This document shows positions 45,903 through 55,818 of a stretch of 64,000 nt of DNA, one piece after another (position 1 is the first letter of the stretch; each line of letters begins with the position of its first letter). The DNA comes from Verrucomicrobiales bacterium (lineage in GTDB: Bacteria; Verrucomicrobiota; Verrucomicrobiia; Verrucomicrobiales; DEV007). A model generated the notes under the pieces. The model was not told the DNA's origin. It ran no database searches and was given only the letters and a program-made list of their open reading frames with translations. The position numbers and the translations under genes are program-made. The stretch spans positions 95,249 through 159,248 of the forward strand of contig JBBDRG010000011.1 in assembly GCA_040905585.1 (NCBI GenBank), written 5' to 3'.

Positions 45903-46614
45903 ACCCGACTCGCCCCATTCCGCCGCCGAATCCAGAAGGGTGGCGGAGTTGGTATCCGCCCTGAGGACCGAGGTCGAGGCGACCATTTCGCCCGATTCGC
46001 CGTTGATGTCCGAGACGTTCGTGGACGAGTTCCAGTCCCGCCTGCTCACCCAGCACGTTTTCATCGGCACCCCTCTCTTCCAAGAGGGATTCGATCGGGC
46101 GATCATCGCATCCGCCGCGGCCGCCGGCTTCGACGTGGCCGAGGCGCCCGGCGGACAGCGCTTCTGGGATTTGAGCCTGAACGGCCGGAAGGTCAGCCTC
46201 AAGTCCAGCAAGGCCAAGAACTTGATGCCGCACAAGCTTCACATCAGCAAGCTCACCGAGGCGGCCTGGATCCAGGATTGCCGGACCGCCGCCAAGCGGC
46301 AGAGAGCGACTTTGAATCTCTTCGAGACCTATTGCTCCGAGGTGGATGAAATTCTTCAGCTTCGCTATTTCGCGCGCTCCGCCACCTACGAACTCGTGGG
46401 CGTCCCGGTGCGCCTTCTTGAGCAAATCCTCGATTTGCCCACGTCGGAATTCCAAGCCGACGGACCCACCATCAACATTCCGGTGGGGAAGACGCCGCCA
46501 GACTTCACGCTCAAGATCGACCGATCCGACGCGAAGATCACCCTCGCCAACATCCTGAAAGCGAACTGCATCGTCCACGGGGCCTGGGTGCTTCCGCCTC
46601 CGGCCACGCCATAG
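45895..46614 (+). CDS. Putative restriction endonuclease (PD-(D/E)XK-like)
   Basis: Overlaps the MTase stop by 8 nt; FWDLSLNGRKVSLKSS resembles a D...xLK nuclease core; 239 aa, no signal peptide. Confidence 0.6.
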   Translation: MPEPDSPHSAAESRRVAELVSALRTEVEATISPDSPLMSETFVDEFQSRLLTQHVFIGTPLFQEGFDRAIIASAAAAGFDVAEAPGGQRFWDLSLNGRKVSLKSSKAKNLMPHKLHISKLTEAAWIQDCRTAAKRQRATLNLFETYCSEVDEILQLRYFARSATYELVGVPVRLLEQILDLPTSEFQADGPTINIPVGKTPPDFTLKIDRSDAKITLANILKANCIVHGAWVLPPPATP

Positions 46615-46770
46615 GCCGTCTCCAGTGGATCGTGTTTCTTCGACTGTAGAGAAAACCATGCCACGATCTCCCGCGCGATCATGGCGGCATGGGGGCACCC
46701 CGACTGCGCCCGAAGCGCCACTCCGTCTCGGGATTGACCTTCGGGTCCGGTTCGTGGCAGATTTGCCACC

Positions 46771-47652
46771 ATGAACCGCACACTCTTCCCCGCCTTGGCT
46801 TTCGCGCTCCTGTTCGCGGGTCACGACGCCTTCGCCCAGAAACGGACGTCCGACATCCCCTACGTCGAGAACGGTCACGAACGCCAGGTCCTCGACATTT
46901 ACACGCTCGAACAGCCCGACGGCGAAAGCCTGCCCGTCATGTTCTGGATTCACGGGGGGGGGTGGCAGGTCGGGGACAAGAGCGATGTCGCCCGGAAACC
47001 CGAAGCGTTGACCGAGAGGAAATTCGTCTTCGTCTCGACCAATTACCGGCTTCTGCCCGACGTGGACATGGACGAGCTGACCCGCGACGTGGCCCGCTCG
47101 CTCGGTTGGGTGCACCGGAACATCGCCCGGCATGGCGGGGACCCGAACCGGATCTTCGTCGGCGGTCATTCCGCCGGCGCCCAGCTCGCGGCCTTGATCT
47201 GCACCGACGATCGCTACCTGGAGGAACAAGGCGTGTCCTTCGACGTCCTCCGAGGGTGCGTGCCGGTGGACGGCGACACCTACGACATTCCCAAGATCAT
47301 CATGACCGCGGAGCTGCGGGAGGCTCTTTACGGCCGGCCGATGCCCGTCTTCGGTCACCGGCAAAAGTTCGGAAACGACCCTCAAAAGCACGTCGATTTC
47401 TCGGCCGTCACACACGTGGCCGAGGCCAAGGGCATCCCGCCGTTCCTGATTCTCTACTTCCCCGGCAACCCCAACACGCGAGCCCAGGCGCGGCGTCTCG
47501 AAGAGGTGTTGACGGAAGCGGCGATTCCGGTCGCGGCGTACGGCAAACGAGACAGCAACCACAACCGCCTGAACGACGACCTGGGCGATCCCGACGATCC
47601 GGCGACACGGGAACTCTACGAGTTTCTGGATCCGCTAGTCGGCGGGCGATAG
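46771..47652 (+). CDS. Secreted alpha/beta hydrolase (carboxylesterase-like)
   Basis: Signal peptide, [22 protein letters not shown] and DSNHN. Confidence 0.88.
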   Translation: MNRTLFPALAFALLFAGHDAFAQKRTSDIPYVENGHERQVLDIYTLEQPDGESLPVMFWIHGGGWQVGDKSDVARKPEALTERKFVFVSTNYRLLPDVDMDELTRDVARSLGWVHRNIARHGGDPNRIFVGGHSAGAQLAALICTDDRYLEEQGVSFDVLRGCVPVDGDTYDIPKIIMTAELREALYGRPMPVFGHRQKFGNDPQKHVDFSAVTHVAEAKGIPPFLILYFPGNPNTRAQARRLEEVLTEAAIPVAAYGKRDSNHNRLNDDLGDPDDPATRELYEFLDPLVGGR

Positions 47653-47769
47653 CGCTCATGGAGCGTCTTCGTGGGGAGAGGATCCGGCCCTGGCGATGCT
47701 GGAGGGGCTGAGAATGGGTGGGATCGCGGGGGATGATAAATGGCTTGGAAGGCCATGCTCCGGTCACGG

Positions 47770-47862
47770 GGAAAAAGAAAAGGATTAGGAAAAAGAAAAG
47801 GAGTCTTCGGGGCGGGGGGAGGCCGAGCGGGGGAGTAGGAGGAGGATTAAGAGTAGGAGTTA
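47770..47862. repeat. Purine-rich hexamer-periodic tract between convergent genes
   Basis: ggaaaaagaaaagga twice at 18-bp period (47770, 47788), then ggggagtaggaggaggattaagagtaggagtta. Confidence 0.7.
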
Positions 47863-49128
47863 TTTCACTTGGCCGGTTCCCACGACGAGGTACTTGTAGC
47901 TGCACAGTTCCTCTAGGGCCATGGGGCCTCTGGCGTGGAGCTTGTCGGTGCTGATGCCGATCTCGGCGCCGAAGCCGAACTCGGCGCCGTCGGCGAAGCG
48001 GGTGGAGGAATTCCAGAAGACGCAGGCGGAGTCGACTTCGAGCTGGAAGCGGGCCGCCGCCTCTTCGTCGTCGGTGACGATGCAGTCGGAGTGGTGGGAG
48101 CCGTAGTGGTTGATGTGCTCGATGGCGGCGTCGAGGTCGTCGACGACCTTGACGGAGAGGATGTAGTCGAGGTATTCGGTGCTCCAGTCGCTTTCGACGG
48201 CGGGGACGACGCCGTCGATGCCGGCCAATTCCCGGAAGGCTTCGTCGCCGCGCAGTTCAACTCGCTTGGCGGAGAGGTTTTCGGCGATGCGGGGGGCGAA
48301 CCGGGGCGCGGCGTCGCGGTGGATGAGCAGGGTCTCCATGGCGTTGCAGACGGAGGGTTTCTGCACCTTGGCGTTGATGGCGATGGCCTCGGCCATGTCG
48401 AGGTCGGCCTTCTTGTCGACGTAGGTGTGGCAGACGCCGTCGTAGTGCTTGATCACCGGCATGCGGGCCATGGAGACGACGGCTTCGATGAGGCCGGCGC
48501 CGCCGCGCGGGATGATGAGATCGAGGTAGGCGTCCATCTCGGCGAGGTGGCGCACGCTCTCGCGGTCGGTGAAGGGGATGAGCTGGATGCTGTGCTCGGG
48601 CAGTCCCGCCGCGGCACCGCCTTCCTGGAGGGCGGCGGCGATGGCTCGGTTGGAATGGATGGCTTCCTTGCCGCCGCGCAGGATGGTGGCGTTGCCGGTC
48701 TTGAAGCAGAGGACGGCGGCGTCGGCGGTCACGTTGGGTCGGCTTTCGTAGATGATGCCGATGACGCCGATGGGGGTGCGCTGCTTCCGGATCAGCAGCC
48801 CGTTGGGACGGGTCCACTCGCGGATGGTCTCGCCGGAGGGATCGCGGAGTTCGGCGACGTCGCGGATACCCTTGGCCATGGCGGCGATGCGGTCGCGATC
48901 GAGGCGGAGCCGGTCTTTCATGGCCTCGGCCAAACCGGCTTCGGCGGCGGCGGCTAGGTCCTGCTCGTTGGCTTCGATGATTTTCGCCTCCTTCGCGGCC
49001 ACGGCGTCGGCCATGGCGAGGAGGATGGCTTTTTTCTGCGGGCTGCTCAGCTTGGTCAGGGCGTGGGCGGCGGCGCGGGCTTGCTTGCCCATTTGCCATA
49101 CATGGTCGCGGATTTCTTCGGAGGTCAT
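47860..49128 (-). CDS. proA: Gamma-glutamyl phosphate reductase
   Basis: IIYESRPNVT, LRGGKEA, SVCNAMETL, EYLD, HINHYGSHHSD and GISTDKLHARGPM. Confidence 0.96.
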   Translation of the reverse strand: MTSEEIRDHVWQMGKQARAAAHALTKLSSPQKKAILLAMADAVAAKEAKIIEANEQDLAAAAEAGLAEAMKDRLRLDRDRIAAMAKGIRDVAELRDPSGETIREWTRPNGLLIRKQRTPIGVIGIIYESRPNVTADAAVLCFKTGNATILRGGKEAIHSNRAIAAALQEGGAAAGLPEHSIQLIPFTDRESVRHLAEMDAYLDLIIPRGGAGLIEAVVSMARMPVIKHYDGVCHTYVDKKADLDMAEAIAINAKVQKPSVCNAMETLLIHRDAAPRFAPRIAENLSAKRVELRGDEAFRELAGIDGVVPAVESDWSTEYLDYILSVKVVDDLDAAIEHINHYGSHHSDCIVTDDEEAAARFQLEVDSACVFWNSSTRFADGAEFGFGAEIGISTDKLHARGPMALEELCSYKYLVVGTGQVK

Positions 49129-49934
49129 GGGGAAGGGGGAGTCGGAGATGTTTGAGGTCCCTTGGCGGGGACGGTGAAGCGGGTACCGAGGCCGCCGCCG
49201 GAGACGAGATCGAGGAGTTGTTCGGGGCGAAGGCCGCTGGCGATGACCGTTTCGATGCCGTTGGAGACGGCGGACTGGACGGCGCGGAGCTTGCTCGCCA
49301 TGCCGCCGACGGAAAGGAGGCCCTTTTCGTCGCGGGCGAAGCCGAGCACGGACTCGATGTCGTCGACGCTGGAAACGATGTCTTCTCCGGATTTGGCGTC
49401 GGGTCCGAGAAGGCCGTCGACGCTGGTGAGAAGGACGAGCAAATCGGCGTGGATCAGGTCGGCGACGATGGACGAAAGGATGTCGTTGTCCCCGACCTTG
49501 AGCTCGTGGACGGAGACGGAATCGTTCTCGTTGACGATGGGGATGACGTGCCGGTGGGGAAGAAGGGCATTGAGGGTTGCGAGGACGTTGCCGCGGCGGC
49601 GTTCGTCCCCGAGGTCGTCGTGGGTGACGAGGAGCTGGGCCGTGCTCAAGCCGTGGTGGCTGAACTGGCTCTCGTAGAGGTGCATGAGGCGCGCCTGCCC
49701 GGCCGCGGCGCAGGCCTGGAGGATATCGATTCCGACGGGGCGCTCGGTGAGCCCGAAGGTGGAAAGCCCCGCCCCGACCGCGCCGGAGGTGACGACGACG
49801 CAGCGGTGACCGGCCGTGGCGACGTCGGCGATCGCCTGGGTGAGCCGGGCGATCATGGCGTGGTGAATCTGGCCGCCGGACCCGCGGGTGAGCACGCCGG
49901 TCCCGATTTTGATGACCACTCGTTTGCCTGACAT
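49125..49934 (-). CDS. proB: Glutamate 5-kinase (no PUA domain)
   Basis: VVIKIGTGVL, VTSGAVGAG, AAGQARL, NENDSV, GDND and GGMASKL; overlaps the proA start. Confidence 0.95.
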   Translation of the reverse strand: MSGKRVVIKIGTGVLTRGSGGQIHHAMIARLTQAIADVATAGHRCVVVTSGAVGAGLSTFGLTERPVGIDILQACAAAGQARLMHLYESQFSHHGLSTAQLLVTHDDLGDERRRGNVLATLNALLPHRHVIPIVNENDSVSVHELKVGDNDILSSIVADLIHADLLVLLTSVDGLLGPDAKSGEDIVSSVDDIESVLGFARDEKGLLSVGGMASKLRAVQSAVSNGIETVIASGLRPEQLLDLVSGGGLGTRFTVPAKGPQTSPTPPSP

Positions 49935-50056
49935 TGCCTCTTCCATTCCGAGATCCGACGGCGCGGATTCAGCATCGTTGGCGACGGGCGGGACGATATG
50001 CTTCGGGGCAAGGGGTGTAAAGCGTCAGTTTCCTGGCCTGTCGTCGTGGTTATGAC

Positions 50057-50085
50057 TTGCGAATTCAGCGGGGAGGCAACATCTT
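50057..50085 (+). promoter_or_regulatory. Possible sigma-70 promoter for the tRNA
   Basis: TTGCGA-17 bp-CATCTT, 50 nt upstream of the tRNA. Confidence 0.4.
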
Positions 50086-50135
50086 AACCGCCCCCGGCCA
50101 GTCGCCGCCCAGAGCGAGCCGGGAGGAATTCAAAC

Positions 50136-50207
50136 GCACCCATAGTAAAATGGATATTACGTCGGCCTCCGGAGCCGAAGGTCCAGGTTCGATTCCTGGT
50201 GGGTGTA
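50136..50207 (+). tRNA. tRNA-Arg(CCG); CCA not encoded
   Basis: Acceptor stem GCACCCA/TGGGTGT, D arm GTAA..TTAC, anticodon arm TCGGC-CTCCGGA-GCCGA and T arm CCAGG-TTCGATT-CCTGG. Confidence 0.95.
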
Positions 50208-50208
50208 C

Positions 50209-50225
50209 GTTCCGCAAAGCGGAAC
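50209..50225 (+). terminator. Hairpin immediately after the tRNA
   Basis: gttccgc-aaa-gcggaac. Confidence 0.4.
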
Positions 50226-50230
50226 CCTCA

Positions 50231-50262
50231 TACTCCTAATCCTCCTCTTCCTCCTACTCCCC
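50231..50262. repeat. Hexamer-periodic tract, second copy
   Basis: Reverse complement ggggagtaggaggaagaggaggattaggagta shares its first 14 nt with 47829-47842. Confidence 0.6.
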
Positions 50263-50327
50263 GCGAAGCCAAGTCGCGAACCGAACGGATCGATGGAGTG
50301 GCCGCCCCGCATCGGGCTTCAGGTTTT

Positions 50328-53120
50328 TCAGAGCAGCTTGCGCAGGTAGCGGCCCGTCAGCGAGGCGGCGCTCTCGGCGATGGCCGCGGGCGATCCCTCC
50401 GCCACGATGCTCCCGCCGGCCTCGCCGCCGCCCGGCCCCAGGTCGACGATCCAGTCGGCGCACTTGACGACGTGAAGATTGTGCTCGATCACGACGAGGG
50501 TGTTTCCCTGGTCGCGGAGGCGGTAGAAGACGTCCAGCAGCGTGGCGATGTCGGCGAAGTGCAGGCCGGTGGTCGGCTCGTCGAGCAGGTAGACGGTTTG
50601 GCCGGTGGCGGTTTTGCCGAGTTCGGCGGCCAACTTGATCCTCTGGGCTTCGCCGCCCGACAGGGTCGTGGCCGACTGCCCGAGCTTGACGTAGCCGAGC
50701 CCGACGTCGCGAAGGGCGCGGAGTTTCTGGCCGATCCCCGGGATTTTCTGAAAGAATGTCAGGGCCTCCTCGACGGTCATTTCAAGGACGTCGGCGATGC
50801 TCTTGCCTCGGTAGGTGACGTCGAGCGTCTCCCGGTTGTAGCGACGGCCGTTGCAGGATTCGCAGGTGACGTAGACGTCGCTGAGAAAGTGCATGTCGAT
50901 CTTGATGAGTCCGTCGCCCTGGCACGTCTCGCAGCGTCCTCCCGCGACGTTGAAGCTGAAGCGCCCCGGTCCGTAGCCGCGGGCGCGCGAAGCCGGCAGT
51001 TGGGAGAAAAGATCCCGGATCGGGGCGAAGACGCCGATGTAGGTGGCGGGATTCGAGCGCGGGCTGCGGCCGATGGGGGCCTGGTCGATGACGATGGCCT
51101 TGTCGACGTGTTCGAGACCGTCGACGCGGTCGTGCTCGCCGGGACGTTCCTTGCTCTGATGGAGGCGGCGGAAGAGAACCCGCCGGAGAATGTCGTCGAC
51201 GAGCGTCGATTTGCCGCTGCCGGAGAGACCGGTGACGCAGATGAATTTCCCCAGCGGGAAGCGCACTTCGATGTTCTTGAGGTTGTGCTGTCGGGCACCG
51301 TGGATGCGAAGCTCGCGCGTCTCCGCTTCCAGGGAGGTCGGTGGCGGGATCTCGATTTTCCGGCGGCCGGAAAGGTAGGCGCCGGTGACGGACTCGGGAT
51401 CGGCGATGACTTCCTCGGGCGTGCCCTGGGCGAGCAGGCGACCGCCGCTGTCTCCGGCGCCGGGACCCAGGTCGACGAGGTGATCGGCGGCGCGGATGGT
51501 GTCCTCGTCGTGCTCGACGACGATGACGGTGTTGCCGACGTCGCGCAGGTCGCGCAGGGTGGCGATGAGCTTCTCGTTGTCCGACTGGTGCAGGCCGATG
51601 CTCGGCTCGTCGAGCACGTAGAGGACGCCCGCGAGCCCGGCGCCGAGCTGGGTTGCCAGCCGGATGCGTTGGCTTTCGCCGCCCGAGAGGGTGCCGCTCT
51701 GCCGGTTCAGGCTGAGATAGCCGAGGCCGACGGTGTCCAGAAAGGCGAGGCGTTTCCGGACCTCGTCGAGCACCTCGGTCGCGTAGGTCACCTGGACGTC
51801 GGAGAGCCGGACGCCGTCGAGCCAGCGGAGCGCGGCGGCGATGCTCAGTCCAGTGAAGCCTTCGATGGAGAGCGGCGTCTCCTCGTGGTCGAGCGTGATC
51901 GAAAGGATCTCGTCCTTGAGACGCCGGCCCTCGCAGTCGGGACAAGGCTTCGGCGACATGAAACGCCGCACGTTGCGTTTCGTCATTTCGCTTTTGCTCG
52001 TTCCCAGCAGCCGAAGCGCCTGGTTGGAGAGCCCCTCGAAGTCGTCGTTGCCGAAGAGGAGCGCCTTCTTGAATTCCCGGCCGAGACTTCGGATCGGCTC
52101 GTCGAGATCCGCCGAGTAGGTCGCGGCAAGCTCCTCGATGGCCCGCTGGTGAAACCCCTTTCGTTTTTTCGATCCGGACCACCACGTCTTGATCCCGCCG
52201 TCCCGGATGGATTTGTCGGGGTCGGGAACCATCAGTTCGCCGTCGGGCACGAGGCGGGTTCCGAGGCCGTGGCAGGTCGGGCAGGCACCGAGGTGGCTGT
52301 TGAAGGAGAAATGCTTCGGCGTCAGCTTCGGAAGCGAGAAGCCGGTTTCGGGATTGGTGAAATTGAAACTGAAGTCGTGCTGCTCGTAGTCGTCGGTCCC
52401 GGGAGGTTGAACCAGGACGGCGATCCGGTTTTCCGACACCTTCTGCGCGATCTCGAGCGAATCGGCCAGGCGACTGCGGATGTCCTCGCGCACCACGAGA
52501 CGGTCGACCACGACCTCGGCGGTCTTGGCCTTGATCTTGTCGGGCAGTTCCTCGATCTCCGCGATGTTCCCGTCGAGCCGGGCCCGCAGGAATCCCTGCA
52601 CGCGGTAGCGTTCGAGCACGTCCTTGAGTTTTTCGCCTTTCTCCCGCTCGACCGGCGCCGCCAGAACGACGCGGGTGCCCTCCGGGAAGGCGACCAGGAA
52701 ATCGACGATATCCTTGACCGTGTGGCGGACCAGCGGCGTGCCCGTTTCCGGGTCGTGGGGCTGACCGAGCGCGGCGTAGAGAATCCGGAGGTAGTCGTAG
52801 ATCTCGGTGGTCGTGGCGATGGTGGACCGGGGATTGGGCTGCGAACTCCGCTGCTCGATGGCGATCGCGGGCGTCAGTCCCTCGATGAAGTCGACGTCCG
52901 GCTTTTCCAGTCGATCGAGAAACTGCCGCGCGTAGGCGGAGAGCGACTCGACGTAACGACGCTGCCCCTCGGCGTAGAGAGTGTCGAAGGCGAGCGAGGA
53001 CTTTCCCGAACCGGAGACGCCGGTGACGACGACGAAGCGGTTCCTGGGGATTTCCAAATTCAGGTTCTTCAGGTTGTGCTGTCGGGCTCCCTGAATTTTG
53101 ATCAACGCGTCGTCGCCCAT
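50328..53120 (-). CDS. uvrA: Excinuclease ABC subunit A
   Basis: [34 protein letters not shown], two ABC cassettes ([16 protein letters not shown]) and Zn-finger CxxC pairs. Confidence 0.96.
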   Translation of the reverse strand: MGDDALIKIQGARQHNLKNLNLEIPRNRFVVVTGVSGSGKSSLAFDTLYAEGQRRYVESLSAYARQFLDRLEKPDVDFIEGLTPAIAIEQRSSQPNPRSTIATTTEIYDYLRILYAALGQPHDPETGTPLVRHTVKDIVDFLVAFPEGTRVVLAAPVEREKGEKLKDVLERYRVQGFLRARLDGNIAEIEELPDKIKAKTAEVVVDRLVVREDIRSRLADSLEIAQKVSENRIAVLVQPPGTDDYEQHDFSFNFTNPETGFSLPKLTPKHFSFNSHLGACPTCHGLGTRLVPDGELMVPDPDKSIRDGGIKTWWSGSKKRKGFHQRAIEELAATYSADLDEPIRSLGREFKKALLFGNDDFEGLSNQALRLLGTSKSEMTKRNVRRFMSPKPCPDCEGRRLKDEILSITLDHEETPLSIEGFTGLSIAAALRWLDGVRLSDVQVTYATEVLDEVRKRLAFLDTVGLGYLSLNRQSGTLSGGESQRIRLATQLGAGLAGVLYVLDEPSIGLHQSDNEKLIATLRDLRDVGNTVIVVEHDEDTIRAADHLVDLGPGAGDSGGRLLAQGTPEEVIADPESVTGAYLSGRRKIEIPPPTSLEAETRELRIHGARQHNLKNIEVRFPLGKFICVTGLSGSGKSTLVDDILRRVLFRRLHQSKERPGEHDRVDGLEHVDKAIVIDQAPIGRSPRSNPATYIGVFAPIRDLFSQLPASRARGYGPGRFSFNVAGGRCETCQGDGLIKIDMHFLSDVYVTCESCNGRRYNRETLDVTYRGKSIADVLEMTVEEALTFFQKIPGIGQKLRALRDVGLGYVKLGQSATTLSGGEAQRIKLAAELGKTATGQTVYLLDEPTTGLHFADIATLLDVFYRLRDQGNTLVVIEHNLHVVKCADWIVDLGPGGGEAGGSIVAEGSPAAIAESAASLTGRYLRKLL

Positions 53121-53424
53121 TTGGAAGTTGTTCGGAACGGAAGAGGACAACATTGAGACATATCGCTTCGCCGCAACCGGAGTATAAACCCGGAAGGGTT
53201 GTTTCGCCGCCCGAAACGAGGTAAGGTAGGCGATGTCCGTCGTGATCGAGCTTTTCCCGCATGAGGACGGGACCGCCCTCAATCCGAAGCGCCGGGAGGA
53301 GCTTGCCGGGAATGCTTCTCCGGCGCGTCTCGATCGACGAATCGCGGACGGTGGGGAAGCTTGCGCGAACTCGGCGCGGTGCCGGGAGTTTCCGAGAGAC
53401 ATTTCGCTTTGATCCGCACAGCCC

Positions 53425-53961
53425 ATGTCAGCGCCCGAACGTCGAAAGTACAGAACGTTGAGGAATATCGGGGCGTCCGCGCCCGGAGCGAATCCCGCCG
53501 GAGTCGGCGACGGGAAAAGTGCCGGGCCGGAGGAGGAGGGCGACGGAGCGCCGGCGCGCGTTCTCGTGGCCCATCCGGTGGCGTCGACGTCCCGGCTCGT
53601 CCGGGAGACGCTCGAGAGCTTTACCGGGTCGCGGGTCGAGACGTCTTCCAATCCCCTGCGGGCTTTCGAACTGGCTTTGCAGAAGCCCTACCGGCTTTTC
53701 ATTTTCGCCATGCAGATGGGCGAAATCACCGGGCCGATGCTCTACGAATTGATTTCCAAAGCCTACACCGCCGGACGCGGTCCGAAACAACTGGCGCCGG
53801 GCGTGATTTTCATTCGCGAAAAGGACGATGCCAAACTGCCCGAGGAACTGTCCCGGGACGTCCGGGTGAAGGACGTCCTCACCAAACCGCTCCGGATCGA
53901 GCGACTCCTCCAGCCGGTCGCCGGCGTTCTCGAGGTGCGCGATCCGACGACGGGGACGTAG
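53425..53961 (+). CDS. Stand-alone pseudo-receiver (atypical response regulator) domain protein
   Basis: RVLVAHP...LFIFAMQM...GPML...VLTKPL follows the REC fold pattern, but the acidic pair and phosphoacceptor Asp are missing. Confidence 0.7.
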   Translation: MSAPERRKYRTLRNIGASAPGANPAGVGDGKSAGPEEEGDGAPARVLVAHPVASTSRLVRETLESFTGSRVETSSNPLRAFELALQKPYRLFIFAMQMGEITGPMLYELISKAYTAGRGPKQLAPGVIFIREKDDAKLPEELSRDVRVKDVLTKPLRIERLLQPVAGVLEVRDPTTGT

Positions 53962-54271
53962 CGTTTTCCGTCGCCGCGACCGCGACCGAGCTTCGAGAAC
54001 ACGACCTCGGCTCCGGCGGCCTTGGAGCATCTGCCGAGACCGGCACGCTCTTGGAAAATGCGGCGTATGATTCGATATTCTTTTCCTGGCATCGTCCACG
54101 GAGCAGAAGATCGCCGGGCTGGACATGCTGGAGCAGGTCGAAGGCCGTCGACATGTCGTTCTCCCTCCAGTCGATGGAGTTCGGCGTCGACGGTTTCGCC
54201 CGAGCGAAAATCGAAGGCCCAGCGGAGTCGGAGCGCGGCGGTGTCTCCGAACTGATTCGGGAAAAATTGCT

Positions 54272-54339
54272 AGGAAATCGCTTTTTCAATCCCAACGCTC
54301 CCTCACCGCGCATCGCCCCGGGTTGGAGAGGGTTCAGCC
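54272..54339. repeat. Dispersed repeat, copy B
   Basis: 21-nt identity to 16961-16981 plus downstream similarity; lies where the Kelch ORF loses its homology. Confidence 0.7.
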
Positions 54340-54577
54340 GCCAGCTTCGGTCGGACGGACCGAGTTCGATCGCGGTGTCGCGCCATCTCTTGAGCCCCTC
54401 CTGCCAGCAGGTGCCGCCCGCCACCAGCAGAGTCGCCCCCTTTTTCGTCACCGCGTGCCCGGCCAAGCCCTTCGGCATGGCCGGCAACTCCTGCCAAACC
54501 GACGCCGCAGGCGCATGCCCGGCCGCAGCCATAACGGCGATTGCAGCCAAGTTGCGGACTATCCGGCGGGCATTCAT
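54340..54577 (-). pseudogene. Truncated Kelch-repeat (NanM-like) secreted protein
   Basis: Signal peptide, then WQELPAMPKGLAGHA...LLVAGG...W (one Kelch blade); runs into the dispersed repeat after about 80 codons. Confidence 0.6.
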
Positions 54578-54600
54578 GATGGTGCAACGCGCCATCGAGC

Positions 54601-55788
54601 TTATTTAGGCAACGAGCGCAGAAACGGAGCCATGACGTTTTCGTAGGTTTCGTCGATGAAGTCCGCCACTCCCAGGTAACGCCGGAAGCCGCTGCTGCAC
54701 TCCTCCTCCAGATAGCGGCGCACGTCCGTCACAAGGTCGGGACGCGGCGGGGCGGCGGCAAATTCCTCCGCCGTGACGCAGTAGCCGGAAGTTCCCCCTT
54801 CCTTTGGGGGCCGCTCCGGCTCGCGGCCCTGCCGCACAAACCCGGAAAAACCGCCGACGCCCAGAGTGTAGTTGAACCCCACCCCGCGTGCATCCTCCGC
54901 AATGAGCACCGAGGGACGGCGCTGGCGGAAGAAACCCAGGTGGGCATGGCATTCGTAGCCCACGTGCAGGTCGCACTCCCGATAGAAATCCAGTTTGCCG
55001 ACATCCCCGGCCAGCTCCAGCACCTCGAAGCCCAGCTCCACCGCGCGGCGGCGAATGAACGCATTCTTCTCCGCGACGTCGGGACGCATCGACGCGTCGT
55101 TGGTCGGTCGTTTGTCGGCAAAGGGCGACACGTTCGCGTCCGTCAGGTGCATGGCACAGTAGCGCTGAGCCCGGGGAAACAGCTCCGCCAGCATAACCAG
55201 CACCGCGTCCGCCTGATCCCGGTAGTAGGCGCTCAGCGGCGGGCTGAACATCACCCGCTCGATCGAAGCGGGACGATGCAGGGGCTGGCCCAGAAAGTCC
55301 GGATCATACCAGGCCGGATCACCGGTCATCAGCGTGTTGCCGATGCCGTGTCGCTGCAGCACTTCGGACACAAAATACTCCCGGCATGAGATCGCCTCCA
55401 CCCCCGCAGCGACACGTTGCAGAAACGCGGTGGTTTCGGGCGAGTAGCGCACGTGGCGCCGGTTTTCAGCATCGCCGGGATAGACGTTCCAATTGGCCCC
55501 GACCGGGATGAGCGGCACCTTGATGCGGTCGAGATCCTCAACCAGCCGATAGCATCCGGGATACATCGGCGCGTCGCGGATGGGAAAGGCCGGCATCAGG
55601 ATGCCTGCAGTCGCGTTGATTTCGTCGAGTCGCTCGTCCAGCGGGTCCTCACGAAAGATCGTGAGATAGTCCACCTCGCCGCATTCGCGGTCGATCAGTC
55701 GCTTGGTGGCAACTTCAATGAGTTGGTCGCCGACATTGGACGAACTGCGGTTTTCCGGGAACGTGGTAAGAACCGTGTATTTTGTCAT
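54601..55788 (-). CDS. Polysaccharide pyruvyl transferase family protein
   Basis: NVGDQLI, ISCREYF, TGDPAW and HVGYECHAHL (equivalent of the R.H..I motif). Confidence 0.75.
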   Translation of the reverse strand: MTKYTVLTTFPENRSSSNVGDQLIEVATKRLIDRECGEVDYLTIFREDPLDERLDEINATAGILMPAFPIRDAPMYPGCYRLVEDLDRIKVPLIPVGANWNVYPGDAENRRHVRYSPETTAFLQRVAAGVEAISCREYFVSEVLQRHGIGNTLMTGDPAWYDPDFLGQPLHRPASIERVMFSPPLSAYYRDQADAVLVMLAELFPRAQRYCAMHLTDANVSPFADKRPTNDASMRPDVAEKNAFIRRRAVELGFEVLELAGDVGKLDFYRECDLHVGYECHAHLGFFRQRRPSVLIAEDARGVGFNYTLGVGGFSGFVRQGREPERPPKEGGTSGYCVTAEEFAAAPPRPDLVTDVRRYLEEECSSGFRRYLGVADFIDETYENVMAPFLRSLPK

Positions 55789-55818
55789 GATTGAAGTGAT
55801 GTCAGGCCCCGCCGGGAA

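Noticed and set aside
50136-50330. tRNA-Arg as an integration site of a genomic island
   Set aside because: No integrase nearby and no duplicated tRNA 3' end found in the window.
53121-53424. LexA box upstream of uvrA
   Set aside because: Only TGTTCGGAAC (wrong spacing) is present; no TGTTC-N4-GAACA match was found.
53879-54595. ORF 53879..54595 as an intact 238-aa gene
   Set aside because: Only the first ~80 codons are Kelch-like; the rest reads through a dispersed repeat and overlaps the convergent pseudo-receiver gene.
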